Counted from the stretch's first letter, positions 12,045-27,127 are shown. The stretch is DNA of 64,000 nt from Coniocarpon cinnabarinum (GCA_051942205.1 JAVECO010000023.1:1-64000); one strand, 5' to 3'. A program made the numbers and translations. Notes: generated by a model not told the origin, from the sequence alone.

Positions 12045-15000
12045 ACTCACATCTCGCCTTACCTCAACGTTCTGTTTCATCACATGTCCAGACACCGACA
12101 ATGCTAGACAGCGTTAACAGCACCTCAGACCGCCAGGTTGATTACCAAGGAGCATCTCATATCAACTCAAGATGGCGACCATTGAAATTTGGCGTCTCGC
12201 CTCCGGTGATTTCGCTTGTCCAGAAACGATCCTGGGTGACATATGCGAGGCTGCGAGTGGCTCGGGTTGCAACAAAGCCAAGAACCAAGTCCGTCTTCGC
12301 GAACAGCACAGTCAGCACTCAAGCAGAACATGCTAGGATGCATACTCACCTGACGACATCTCGATCCATCTCCAAGGATACGAAAAGTCATGCTGTTCTT
12401 CAAAAGGGAGCCTCACAGTACCGAACATGCGCCCAGTATCTTTTCCAAGTGGCCTGAGCACAAGTATTAACCTTGCAGTGGCTTCAGATCAAACGATTCA
12501 TTGATCTATAATTATATCAAAAGCTTGCGCGGTCTTTTCTCGGTGGCTCCAACGGAAGAAAGTGCGACCAGATTAACAAAAGAGGGGTAATTCCATGGCG
12601 CTTCATTTAGTGGGGTGGAACTGTCAGAGATGCGGGCTAATATTTTCTGGAGAACTGACTTATCCGGCGGCCCTATCAAATTCCTTTCCAATCATCGTCT
12701 GGCAGGACACTCACCATGGTTAGTAGTTCAGTACAATGAACGCCACGCGCTGCAAACAGCCAAATCTCTGGACTTGGAAAGTTTCATCGAGTTGTGGATT
12801 CGACCTAACAAACCAAGTCTTCCAGCTACGAATCCAACTTTGGTCCAGCATCATTATACCGCGTTGTCGAGTAGAAAAACAGCCATTGTCTACTGACCAG
12901 CTGGACCATCCCACCATCTTTCAACATCAATCGCTCCATGATTCGGAGCTTAAATTGCATTAGGATCTTACACGCTAGTCATTAGCAAATCCCCACGAAG
13001 CGAAAAGACACAATGCGCACAGCAGCAGTGGATCTGTCTCAGCTAAACGCTAGGAGATAGCAAGGGGCCTCGTGGGAAGTGTTTGCCACACTATAATTCA
13101 GCGTCTAATCCGTTGCACAGCGCTTTCGCCGCTGTACAAATAGCTATATAACCCAGATTGATCTCATCATACAGGCTCGTCGCCTAGAATGATGAGTTAA
13201 CGACTTTCGCCTATGACCCTTTCCACCGAGTAAGCCTGTTGCTTGTATTTATAACCCAACTGCAACTACGCCTTCTCTCTATCTTACAATGGTGTCATTC
13301 TACCACCATGGAAACCCTTCAGCACGCGTCCGGCCCTTACCTCTCTCTGGTCCTCTCTGTAGAAGCCTCATGCTCAGGACCTGGTGTCGTCGTCTCTTCT
13401 GCGTGTCGAAGCGTTTCGTTGACTCTGTGTATTTGCTCAACTTCTTCTGCGACTCCTTTCAAGCTATACTTTGTTCAACTCCGAGCTAAATCGCATCATG
13501 CAGATAGAAGGCGAGAGAACCACTCACGTCAAGGCCACGAGTCCAAGCGCCATAGCGACATGGTCATGTCGTTGCCCCAGTAAAGTATTAGCGCCAACCG
13601 TATCACGCTGTTGCTCATGCTCATGCTTAAGCATTTCAAAGTAGGCGACTTGTTGCCTGTAGCGGACTGCCATTAGACTTGGGTCGACAGAGAGATGGTT
13701 CGTTCTATGTGTGGGATCGTGAGCATGTCGATGCGTGAAAGGGGGAAGAGCGGCGACTGCTTCATTCAGCCAGATTTGCATTGCCTGCCGAGTGCTGCTC
13801 GTCGGTTGTGTGTTTCCAGATTGAAATGACGAGAATAGCGACTGAACAAGGCAGAAAATGCTATTATACTTAGCACGTGTTGAGTACGTGGAAGTGATAC
13901 TTTGCTAAGTCCAGTTGGTGTTATTTGCTCCATATAGTAAATTATCTAGATGAAAAATGACGGAGTCTCCGAGCCAATGTCGAGGGATTGTTCGTGAACG
14001 ATAATCAGCGGCAAACCGTCTCTCCTGAATATTACCATACGAGCGAACGAAGAAAAATGCTTGTCGCGGATGGATGCTAGTGCAGACAAACAGCTGTAAC
14101 TCCACATTCTCGAAGCATTGAGTGCGGCATTATTCCATCATTGACCTTAACCATATCCGAATTTGGAGCGACGAGGCGTGTCATGACCACGAATGTGAAA
14201 CAATGCATTAGCCAACAATCACCCCGCAGCGTCTCATCAAAAAGGCAAATAGATATTCCGCCAGGATGAGCTTCATACTAGGTACCGGCAAACTTTACGC
14301 CAGGTGCTATTCCTAGTGACGGGATCTTGTATCGACGGCGCAGCTTTGGTTTTTCAAGGTATCGAGGTACCTTGAGACGTCGGAGATCAGCCTGACGGCG
14401 ATGAGTGGTCAGTGCCAATCAGTGCACATGGCTGCACAGACGATGCAGACGATGCAGGAAAAGCAGGAAAAGCCGATCCGGAAGCGGGGGGCCTAGGAAG
14501 CGATCCGCGCTGCTCCACTTGGGGCAACGAGTTTGTAAGTCACAATATCGACGAACCAGGATCATCGAGCCACTGAGGACGCAGGAAAGCTGTTGCTATT
14601 CTAATGCGGTCCGGCGCCTATACTGAGGGGGTCCCTCAATGTGTGTCCAGCGCTGGGCGCCTAGTGAGCAGATGTTACGAGCCAATAAGCGTGCAGGTAC
14701 AGTCTGCTCTTGAGACGTGCTCGCCACGTTTAGATCGCGCCGCGACGATGACGAGAGATGCACATCCACGACACCAATCTGCTCAGCATCGGTTCGAAAT
14801 AGAAAAATTCAGGGCAGAGACAGGCTAATGCAAATAGCGACATGCAGGTGCGAGGGGTCCCTCGCTGCTGGCTTGAATATTTTTCCCTGCCCCACCTGAA
14901 TACTTAAAAAGCACTTTACCTTGCTACGTCCACTCTTGGGGTGAACTCGACTCGGGACCTCCATCGAGCATCCTGTCGCCAGTGCTGGGTGGCCGTCGCT

Positions 15001-15437
15001 TTGTTACCGGCGTGGACAGACAAGGGAGAGGAAGACAGCCCCCCTGCCAAGAACACGTGCTCGTCGGCACAACTTCGCCTATTTCCGGTCGCAGGCAACC
15101 AGACGTCCGTCCTTTGTCCATACCTCGCCGTCCCTGCTCAAGACGTGTCCTCCTCGATCCCATGACTGTCTGAGGGAAGAGCGAGCATACCAAGGGGCAC
15201 ACGCGGCTTGCTTGCGGCTAGTGGAGGGCACCGGTGCAGTCGTCAGAGCTACTTATTCATATTCCGACCTCCTCTTGAATAGACACACAATACGGACGAC
15301 CAGCCCATTCAGGCCCATTCAGCAACAACTTCAGAAACTCCACGCTCCACACTTCCCCCTGTCAAAGCTCATAACAAGTTGTTGCGGTTGTGACAGTGTC
15401 ATCGCCGACAGAGAACATACATCCTTCAGCACATCTC

Positions 15438-15712
15438 GTAAGTCAGCCCCTCCTCCATCTTCCACTGGCCCCACCCCTCACTCGAAACAAACGTTTCCCG
15501 CTCGCGGCCGCATTGAAAAGAGGCCACACAACCATACTGAGTCCTTGGGGCTGACCTCCGCGGCTCATTACGTCAAACCACGATTTATTTTCACCCATCA
15601 CGCATGGTGTCCTCTGTTTCGGATGCACGATCCGTATCGTGTGCTGGCCTCTTCTCTTCTCCACGCGCTTGTTTTACTTTTTAAAGCAGCATGCTAATCC
15701 TCTCCCTGGCAG
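15438..15712 (+). other. Probable 5'-UTR intron of the MAPK gene
   Basis: GTAAGT donor, GCTAAT branch point, pyrimidine tract and CAG acceptor, 155 nt upstream of the MAPK ATG. Confidence 0.5.
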
Positions 15713-15865
15713 TCTTACCTGCACCATCCCTCCACTGCTAAGCAGATCGAGCTGCATCAAAAACAGACGCTGTCCTTGCAGCGGCTACCCTAGTCCTTTG
15801 CAGGACTGCCAAAGGGTATCGCACTGCTGCTGCTACAAGACCTTTGCACACCCCAGCACTTCTGA

Positions 15866-17195
<1,330 letters not shown>

Positions 17196-17825
17196 AGTCG
17201 CCCTCGCTTGCCTCTCCGTCCACCTTTCTATCCTCTCATCCGCACTAGCTTCATCGATGCAAACACTTCGTCAGACGGACAGACGAAGCATCGTCGAACC
17301 CCTGAATTTGCCCTTCTCGAGGCGTTGGAAGAACACTGGAAGTCGCATGTCGCAGAGACTGCTGTAGAAGATGTGGATGGCCGCCCGGTGTAAGGGCGCT
17401 ATGCAAAGACTGATATAGGCTTGAGCGAGTCCCAGCGGAGAAGTGGGTTGAGGCGAGCGGTTGCTTGTGTGCGTGCGTAGTGTTGGATGGTAATGAACTT
17501 GAATGATACGGGGTTTTCCGGCCAGCCTTTTGTTCATCGTTTGCTTGAGCTTTGGCTGCTTGTCAACGTTGCGAGCTGCGGTGCGATCGTGGTGTAGTCT
17601 TTTGGTGTTCGGTGTCGGGCTTGATCACCTCTCATACTCTCGATCGACTATGCCACGAGCAGCGGCTGCGTGGACGTCGATGAGGCGCCTCCGCATGTCA
17701 ATGCTCAAGTCATCGCCAATCACCATTCCCGGTTCTTCTTCAGGCTCTGAGCCAACCTCTGCTTCTCGTTTTCCAAAGTGCCGGAACAATGAGGGGAGAC
17801 TGTCTATCTTCAATTCTGCGGATCC

Positions 17826-18488
17826 TCACCCACATCGCCCATCCGCCGGTCCATCAACCCACCTCTCCCTCCAAAGATTACAATCAAACGTCTTCTTCCC
17901 CACCTTCTCATTAACAACATTATGCGCCGCGCACATCCACCGTCCAAAGACCTCTCGTCCTCCAAGCGCCCGCTCCACTTCGCCCCTTTTCTCCTCTTGG
18001 TCCAGCCACTCCTCAAAATCCGCACGACAGGTGTGGCAGGGGTAGATTTTGCTGAAGGCGGTGATGAAGTTGCGGGCGCTGCTGCGGTCGCTGGTTGTGG
18101 GGTTGGAGGGGTAGTTGGCTGTCATTGTGTGGAGTAACGTCCAGGTGTGGTTGCCGAGGCGGTCGACGTCGGGTGGGCAGTCGGCGGGGAGGGTGGGGGT
18201 GTCGACCGTGTCTGTGGTGCTGGTGGAAGCGTGGGTGTGGGAGGGTGCTCTTGTGGATTTGGAGGCGGCGGTGAAGGTTGAGAAGGAGGTACAGGTTCGG
18301 CAGCTATACACATGTCAATCTCGTAGTCGTGGACTCAATCATGCACGATGCAGCGAGCTCGTCTGGGATCAAGCTCATCATAATTAGAGGTGAACATACG
18401 GTTTCCCGTCCTTGTCTAGGATCATTCGCTTAGGCAGAACACTCGTCGGCTTGCCATCCTGAGTGTCTTTCCCGCCGCTATCGGCCAT
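17826..18488 (-). CDS. ERV1: FAD-linked sulfhydryl oxidase Erv1/ALR (mitochondrial intermembrane space)
   Basis: DKDGKP|CRTC shuttle motif across intron 18304-18399; CPPDVDRLGNHTWTLLH, YPCHTC, WMCAAHNVVNEKVGKKTFDC. An in-frame upstream ATG also exists at 18611. Confidence 0.93.
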
Positions 18489-19955
18489 TGTGCTGCCAGG
18501 ATCGTTGGACGATGAAGGTGCGTCTGAAGAAGATGACGGAAGGGAGGTGTGAGAGGAGACGGAGTGAAAGAAGTGGGAGAGGATTGGGACCTCTGTCCCG
18601 GTCACCGGCATGACATTTTGATTATTCGGCTCAGAGCAGCTTAGAAGTCAAGACCGGATGACGAAGGCGGCGAGGTCGACAGAATGCACTTGTGGGCAGG
18701 GTGTGTATCTGAGCTTTCTCTCGTTCTGCCGCCCCTGCACTCCGGAAGAATCTAAATCTCCCCTTATACACCACTGCGAAGAACACCGGCGTCGGCGTGT
18801 CGAGCTGTAGATTCCCAAGATGATGGTAGGAGTTCCTTCCCGTCAGGGATAAGGGTCCCTGCGGATCGCAGTCTCGTTGGCAAATTTGGCCACGAGGTGG
18901 TGTATGCAACTGGTTGTATCCTCTGCGATTATGACTCTGACGCTTCTTCTTTCATCATCCAGTAATTAATTGAAAGCGCAACGTATCATCAACGATATTG
19001 TACTACCTTTCTCCGCGATGGAAGACTCGCTTATTCTGGGTTGCACATGTTTACGCGCGGACCAATCCACGCAGCGTCAATCGGAGCAAGACACCAGCTC
19101 CGGTATGCCGTCGCAACGTTTTAGAAATACCGGAAATGTTAGTAGAGTGACAACAACGCGCATGGCGAACGCACGATGAGTCTCAGCTACTCACCAGTGG
19201 CTTTTGGGGTTCACTTTGAATCAACTGGGCCGCCGACGACCCTTGAAGTGTGTCACCGCCGTGGGACCACTTCGACGCTGTAACAAACTCGTATCCCATG
19301 GGGAGACATAGAGCACGAGATGGAAGACACTGATGGGAGCGAATCCATACACATGTGATCCCGTTTGAGAAGTACCGGACCATTCACGTTCGCTGGACGA
19401 TCGTGCATCCTAAGCCAGTAGGTATCTGCATAGCTCGACGTGGGTGCTCTTCTTGCTGCTTGAACTTTCGTATGAGTCTCACTCAACGCGTCCGAAGGTA
19501 GAACGATCAGCAGCAAATGCTTGTCTTGCCCAAAGCTGTAGATAGCGGCTTCCTGTTGCGTCCCATTTAGGTCCGGCGAGCTACATTGGAAGCGATTGGT
19601 AGAGTCCTCACGGTGCTGTCGCAGCGTTCGACTCGCTCTTGTCGGATGGAGAGAACGCTGCGCAGACGGCGGCGTTCCCTAACCTTACTAACAGCGGTCT
19701 TGATGCAAGATGCTGACACCGTGTCAGAATGCGAAAGCATCCTCGTCACGGGAGGCGCCTCATCACAGTATTGTAACAACGCAGAAAATCACACATGTAT
19801 AATAATCATGTGGCGCCCCTTCTTCCTCAGCAAACCATCATTCCTCTCCTCCACACAAGTAAAATAGGACGCGCAAAACGAAAAATCTTCGCACTCCAAT
19901 CCGTCAACCAATCAACTCACATCCAAAACAAAAACCCAACTCCCTTGACATCACA

Positions 19956-20210
19956 ATGCAACAATCTCTCCTCGCCACTGTCGCCGCCCTTACTCTCTCA
20001 TTTTTCACAACAGCCTCCGTCCTCACCGACTGCGGCATCAGCAAGGGAATCGGTAACCACCACCACGGCAGCCGCATCGAATACGCCCACCACAACGTCC
20101 GTTTCCAAAGCAACAAGGGATGCACGCTCATTACTTTCTCAAAAGCGGGATATCTAGATGATTCTCGAGCTGCAGAGTTGCACAGAGCGTTTCATGATGC
20201 GAAATTTTAG
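19956..20210 (+). CDS. Putative small secreted protein, 84 aa, His-rich, 2 Cys
   Basis: CACAATG start context after a CA-rich leader; signal-peptide-like N-terminus MQQSLLATVAALTLSFFTTASVLT; no recognised family. Confidence 0.5.
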   Translation: MQQSLLATVAALTLSFFTTASVLTDCGISKGIGNHHHGSRIEYAHHNVRFQSNKGCTLITFSKAGYLDDSRAAELHRAFHDAKF

Positions 20211-21361
20211 CCTAGCTCTTGTCAGAGATGGTGTTAATGACTCTTAGTTCCATCTCTCATTTCTCATCTGTTGTCTGTCTCTTTGATACTCTCATTGATA
20301 TTTAATACTACTACCCGTTGAAGATGTGATATCATGTATCTCCGAATCTGTGACGACAGTCGGGCACGCAGCAAGGGCCATGGGCAAAGTCGTTGCCAGA
20401 CCTTGGTCTAGGCAGCGAGCCTAAACGACAAGAGGAAATAGTCCACAAAGCTCTCAGTACAAAGGCGAAAGCGCTGTGCCGCTTACAATACGCTACATAC
20501 ACTACGGTAAAGAGTGCGACAATGTCTCTCGCCGTGGTAGACTTGTATCGTTTGAGAGGTTAAAGAGCAAGTCGAGCACAGCGGCGCGGGCGAGTTAAAA
20601 GACACGTGGTTCCTTCTGCGTCGGCGATCAATAACCCCTCGACGATGACATTTACGTCCTTGAGCTGTTTGATCGGCTCTCGGCTGTTTACAATCATACA
20701 TGGCTTCTTGAACTAAAGATGAGCTACCAGTCTGTCATCTAGTTGAAGCAAGAATACAGGAAACTTAAAATCTATTTCAGTCAGCTCTGGTCGAATATTG
20801 TAAAAGGTCTTGCGAGATATGGTTAGTATGAGCTACTTATCTCCAGGCTTAGTTGTTTGGTATGCTGATGATGTAGATTGTTGCTTGGATCGTGATCTCG
20901 AAATGTCATCAGGTATCAATCAAGTGCGACAAGGATTAGACCAATGGAAGGACGCATACGTTCATTGCGGGAGTTTGCGCCGTGTGAAGTTTTTTCCAAT
21001 TCTGTTACAACGACTTGAATAAGCGAGTCTAATCAAGAGCAAGGAGATCTCGCAGATGTACCTGCATTCGACTGACCATAACTGATTCAAATCAGAAATT
21101 ACTTATGTTTACATGTCAATCATAGCTATAGATCAGGTGGTAAAAACCCTTCAAAGTTTACCTTGTTATTAGAAATCGTCGCAGCAAATGCTGTTAGCCT
21201 CGGATATATACGACTCAATGTGAAGAGCCTTTTTTATGATTAGGTATAGATGGATAAAGCTGCGAACACCACGGCCAAACCCTCGAGCACCTCAGCAAGC
21301 CTGGAATGTCATCGCAGCGAATGCTCTTATGCCGGGCTATTGTCGTCGTTGGTAACTGCCT

Positions 21362-22725
21362 TCAAATGGCGCCTCCAGGCATGTATAAATCATCTCTTGG
21401 AATCACAGGCGACGATGGGCGACCAGTTGACGGTCGCATTGACGCTGCATTCGACAGCTTCTCATCAGGGCTTGCCAGCAGGGGCTTTAAAGGCCACGCA
21501 ACGCCTTTCTGTTTCTCAACGTCGCGCTCGTACTCTCGAATCTCGCTGAGGCGCTCCGCTTGCAACTCCCGGATCTGTGTGTCTGGTGCTTCCGCCACTG
21601 GGGCTTGGGGCATCTCATCTGTGAGATGAATTGGCGCAGGCCGCACGAGACCAGTGTGACTAACCCCGTATGTTGCTGTCTCGGGTCTGCAAAACCCGCC
21701 GTGGGAAAGCGTGGGAGTTAGAAGCTCAAAAGGCTGCGTAGGCTCTTGCGCGTTAAGCCCCACTGAAGACGATTGGGATTGGTCCGCTGGCGAATGCGCA
21801 TGATGTAGAGGTGCGTTTCCCGCAGTGATTCTGTCAGGGAGTCGAGGAGAATCCTCTGAAGGCGCAATGGCTGCATCAATCGCTGTGGCAGTATGGCGCT
21901 TTCCGACGTTATCATAACTTTTTCCAGATCGCATGGTGTCGCTGCCATCCCTAGCCCGGTTTGACCGCCTCCAAAGGAAGAATAAAGCAAGCGTGACGAG
22001 CAAGAGAATGAGAAAGGCCCCCACGCCAACAGCGACACCAACTATCGCGCGGGCGGAGAGACCCGACGAGTTGGATGAGTTGGTCGCTGCGGCCGCCTGG
22101 GCAGGTGAGGTGTTTGCAGCACCTGCTGCAGGTAATGTTCCACCTGGTGAAGCGATAGGTGAGACAGCTGTGGATGGCGCGGTCACCAGTGTGCTTTGTG
22201 TTGGTGCCCCTGCTGTACTGCAAGTTAGATGACGTGCAGCATATCTCGGAGCTTTCTAATTCACCGTCTAGCTGTGTTCTGGCCATTATCGGGAGCCGAC
22301 AGTAGCTACCATACAGGTCAAGCGCACTTGTGACTTGCTCTGAAGCAGTTGACTGTGCGTTGGGGTCACTGTCAGTCGCACATTGATTCATAATGTCCGT
22401 CTGCATACTGCACAGCAACGGTTAGGAACATGCTTGAGGATTTAGCGGGTCTTTGGCTGGTACACACATCCATTGCAATGTTGACTTGGATTCCGTGCAC
22501 AAGCAGTCAAGGCTTGTATACGGACCATTCGATGGGACCTTTGAAATACACGTCAGCTAGAAGAGGCAGATTCTGGTTTCGATGAGCTTCACGACATACA
22601 CCGCATCCTGAGCTCATGCCTCGGATGATTGCAGAAAAAGGTTTCAGAGCACATGATTGCAGAGAGCTGTATTGCGCGGAGAGTGGTCCCCGATTGACAT
22701 AATAAGTTGTAGTATACTGTGTCAT
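21362..22725 (-). CDS. Single-pass cell-surface protein: Cys-containing ectodomain, S/T/A-rich stalk, Mid2-like TM segment, disordered cytoplasmic tail
   Basis: Four exons joinable in frame; GLSARAIVGVAVGVGAFLILLLVTLALFFLWRR TM. No signal peptide in this model, so the 5' end is uncertain. Confidence 0.65.
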
Positions 22726-24150
22726 ATCCGCAATTCGAATTTAACTGACAGAGTGCACAACATCAATTCGGATCGAGTGAAATTATTGTACGATGAGATT
22801 CGGAACTCAAAAGGTCTGTATCTTGAGGCTTTGTTGCTCGAGTGTGGCCTTCACCCCTTGTTGGAAGTATAAGAAAGGGCTTTTGGTGATAAGTTATTGC
22901 GCAAGGGACTAGTTGATGCTGTGACAGGATTACTCAAAGAATCTGCGAAAAAAGTCCAATCGAGCGCGGCGCGTACCAGAGATCGAACTTGCATGTGCCA
23001 AACAGGAATCTGTGACCTCTGATAGTAGTTTCCTTTCGCGCTTCTCTGAAAGCTGCAGCTCGATTCTTAACACCAGGCATCAACTTCTAATCAATTGTTG
23101 TAGCACAGGAGGCGGGAAGGAATGATAAAATGGGGGAAAAGTTGTGATATCAGCGATTCGCTCATTTTGGTAGGACTTAAAAGGGCTGCGAGGATGGAAG
23201 GTGGAGACATGAAGAGCGATATATACCTTGCTCGCTGAGCTAGCCTTCGGTCATCAAGTATGATGGGATGCAGCCAATAATATGCCTTCATAGGAACAAA
23301 CAAAAGGATGAGACCGGCCAGCCGGAGAGCATTGAGATCGAGCATAAACCCCTTTGCAGCTCATAGGAAAGGTTTCATGGTAACAAAAGTATTTGAATGC
23401 ATTAGCGACGACGCCTCAGAGGTGCAAGTATGCAGGTGGAACGGCCGCGTGGAGATTGGCTAATCGCGAATCATGTTATGGAGTTGGCATGCTGCAAATC
23501 CGGCCGTTGCCAAAGCCAGCCGAACGAACTTGAACCCCTTGTATGCGTTTGGAAGCTATTGCGCGAATACGACGTTGAACTCATCCTAGTAACTTTCGGC
23601 CCGTAACGTGGTGTCTAGCAGATCCTCGTTTAGCATCCAGTCACCATTTACGGGCTGCAAGAGCGGCTCGGGGTTGCTGACTGAGCTATTTAGCGAGACT
23701 CGGGACGGTGCCATTGGCCTGGTAGCTCTTGATCGTGCAGTGTGACGACACTGTTGCAGCTACCCATCGAAAGGTCTTTTATTATAACTCATTATAACAC
23801 TTGCTAGTGTTCCTAGGAGTGCATGGAGACAAGTGCCTTTGACCGTAAGAGGCGCAGCCGAATGAGCCTTCTCATGCAAGGCTCGCATTTAGCCAATGAT
23901 CGACTTCCTATCAGAGATGGCAAATGTGATGACAGATGCGAGACGGGAAAATGAGGCTTCTGCTGCAATGGGACATCACGTGAAGCATTGGCATTACACA
24001 CTGCACGCAAGCGCCAGCCTGCGTCCCCGTCCTTTTTGGATTGTCTAGCAAGCAACACACATCATCAACACCAATACTGACAAACATGTCCCAGCTCATG
24101 CTCGAGCCCGAGGCTGCAGAGCAACGCGCGTTCCTTTGGCGTTCTAGGCG

Positions 24151-27127
24151 CTAATTCATCACCTTTTCTCTCAACATACCCATGAACTGTGCCATGCTTC
24201 CCAGCGTCTCCGCCCTGTCCTCCACCAACGCCGTCAAAGCCCACATCCGCATCCCGGGATCGCCGTCCTCCCGCACCACGTACAGACTCTCGTTGACGAT
24301 ACTCGCCACGCCCCTTCCTCTTCGGTCTTTGCTCTTGTCGACCACTGCTCGTACTCGCTCGTTGAAGTCGTTGTCTAGTATGGGCAGTTGCGTCTTGCCC
24401 GCTCTGAGTTGCGCTTTGTCGCGTATCCCAAATACGTCCTCGACCAGCGCTGGAACGGCGTCGCGCCCTATCCAGAGGAACTGGTTTTGACCGTCGTCAA
24501 TAAGATGCAGACCGTAAGGGATGAGACGTTCGCTAGAGAGATTGAGTGGCCGTGGCATTACTATTTCGCCAGTCTCTTGATCAGGTAGACCAGCCGCGTC
24601 GGGCTATGACAATTGCGTCAGCTTGATCTTCCTTACTTACTTGAGAAGAGGAATGGGGGAACGTACCATGTCATGCAGTGAGTAAAAAGTAGGGTAAATG
24701 TACTGGACAAGCAGGGGCAAAGGGAGCGTTGAAAGAAGACAAAGAGCAGCGCTTCGAAGGTCGGTAGGAATTTGTGAGCTAGGTCGTAATCCGATGTTCT
24801 TCATGAGTCCGAGGAAAAGAATAGGAAGTGCACGCATGTTCTGAGGAAATTGAAGGCCCCCGCCTCCAACATTACCTCCAGCGAGTTCTTTCCGGTATGT
24901 TTGCAGGAGCTCGATAAGCTTGCTTTGCAAGGCTTCCCGTGCAGCCTCAAGACCGGAACTGAGCGCTTTCTCCACAGCCTTGTGACTGAAATATGCAGTG
25001 ATGGCTTGAGGATCAGCAGAAGCGTAAATGTCTGCCAAGTTTTGAGTCGTCGGAAGTGATAAAGTAGCGACTCGTATTCTTCTCTCACCGTTGCAGGTTG
25101 TGTGTAACACTGCAGATTGCAGGCAGATGAACGGCTTCGAGATGTCTTCGTCGATGGCAACTTCGACCACGTAGGCCTGGTCACGAGGAAAGGCTGGAAA
25201 TGCGCAAAGATCGGAGGAGCGGTTAAAGAAGTTACCATAGAAAGCGTTCATACGAAGCCCGGTGGTTGCCCGCACGCGCAGCACAGCTTCCAGACCGATC
25301 TCAGCGGAGAGGTAGTCGCTGAACTCGCGTGCAAACTTGATGGCGTCCTCGCTTCTCGCTGCATTCCACGCGGGATAGAAATAGGTCTGACCGCCGGTGT
25401 ATCGTGGCAGATTGGAAAGTGACGCGACGTCTTGGTAACCAGAAGAGAACAGGAACATGTCGATAGACACTTGGTTTTTCGAACACTCCACTGCAAAGGA
25501 CTTGTAGAAGGAGTTGCCTGTTTGTAGGAGAGCGGCCTCTTTCGATGTACCCAAGCTGGCTTTGTTCTCTCGCATTTCAAGCTTGCCTTGTCCAAGATTG
25601 GGCAAAGTTGAGGAGAGCACTGTTATCTTGCCGCCAATGTTAGAGATGAGACGGTGGCCAGCTCGCAAGGCCGGTCCCATTGCTGAAGCAGTATTTTGCG
25701 TATTCTGGAACATGCCTTGAAGTTTTGTGAGGAAGTGTTCAATATTGCGGCGGCATTCGGTGAGTGTGACAAGGAGGTCGCCTGGCGTCGGCATGAAAGG
25801 CTCTTCAAGATCCGAAACGACCAGCATATTGGCGTCTTTGAGCTCAGGCTGTTCGTTTTCCTGAACTTGAACATCCGGTTGAATTGCAAAATAATGTAAA
25901 CTGGAGTCCACGGCCATGAATCCGATTCGAGTTCGTCGATCGGCGTTTGGTATCCTGTCGAGGCTTTCAAGGATACATCGAGCAGCAGTAGCAAGCAGAC
26001 CATTGACCACAGAAGCATGACTGACATCAAACACAAAGAGGTACACAAGTGGCTGCGGTGGTCGCACCATGTATTCCTGTGGTGCGATGAATTCCACGAC
26101 AGATGAATTAAGTTCGGGTCTTTGCCATCGGTCTAGGCTTTTTGAAGTTGTCGCATCCCAGTCAAAAGCCTGTGGCACGTCATTTGTCAGATTGCACATG
26201 TTGCAGCGCCATCTATGACCGTGGTCAAGAAAGTTTGCAAAGGGATTGATATACGTCCTGCACCTCCGGCATCTCGAGATAACCTGATCAGGGACTACTT
26301 GTACAGGATCCTCGACGTCATGTAATGTGCTGTAAGGTTGAACGACAAGTGCAAATGGTAGCTTGGATTTCTTTAAGAGGGAGTGCTTAGTCGGAACGGC
26401 GTTCAATGTGCATCGGATGTGTTTAGGAGGACAGTTGGCATCTGGAGAAGGTGTGACGGAAGCCTACACGCGAGATGGTTAGTCGCAAGAAGTGCAAGCT
26501 TTGGATATGGTACTGGCTCACGTTTGGAGGTAGCACAATTGGTGGGGGAGGTTGGTCGATTTCGCGAACATCGAAGGGCTGCTGTATCAGGTCGGAAGTT
26601 TGCAGTCGATTGAGCTGGAAGTAGCCAGGTTGCTGCTGATGCTGTGGTACCTGCTGATTGTTCATCGACATTTGGTTGAACTTGTCTGTTGGTGGCGCGT
26701 AGCCAGGCTGTGGGCTCGGTTGCTGGTAACCATACCCAGGTTGCTGGCCGTACTGCGGTTGTTGATCGCCATAGCTGGGCTGAGGCGATCCATACTGCGG
26801 CTGTTGTTGTTGACCATACTGAGGTTGGCCGTACTGTTGCTGGCCATACTGAGGCTGAGCATGTTGTGGATGTTGCTGCTGAGGCTGCTGAGGATACCCA
26901 CCATAATTCACTTGCTGATTCTGCATAGGCTGCTGAGGATATGGTAATGGTCCGGGCTGAGGCGTCCCACCGCCAGCAACTACGTTGGATCCAGTGCCTA
27001 CATCGAATGCGCCTTGAGCATATCTCCCCTTCTTCTTTCTGCCCCCAGCCCCCGCTTGCGCTGCATTGTCTTGGGCGTCGGCCGGCTGGCCATATTGATC
27101 CTGGTGGCCGTATTGTTCGTCTGCCAT
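24151..27127 (-). CDS. SEC24: COPII coat subunit Sec24
   Basis: Q/P/Y/G-rich N-terminus, Zn finger [12 protein letters not shown]...WRCNMC, trunk [26 protein letters not shown], gelsolin-like C-terminus. Introns 26464-26521 and 24604-24666. Confidence 0.96.

Noticed and set aside
14352..14480. 8-bp inverted repeat (TCAAGGTA/TACCTTGA) and two short 9-bp tandem duplications
   Set aside because: Too short; no TSD or larger structure.
26640..26960. [10 protein letters not shown] repeats at the SEC24 N-terminus, prion-like composition
   Set aside because: A low-complexity Q/P/Y/G-rich N-terminus is normal for Sec24.
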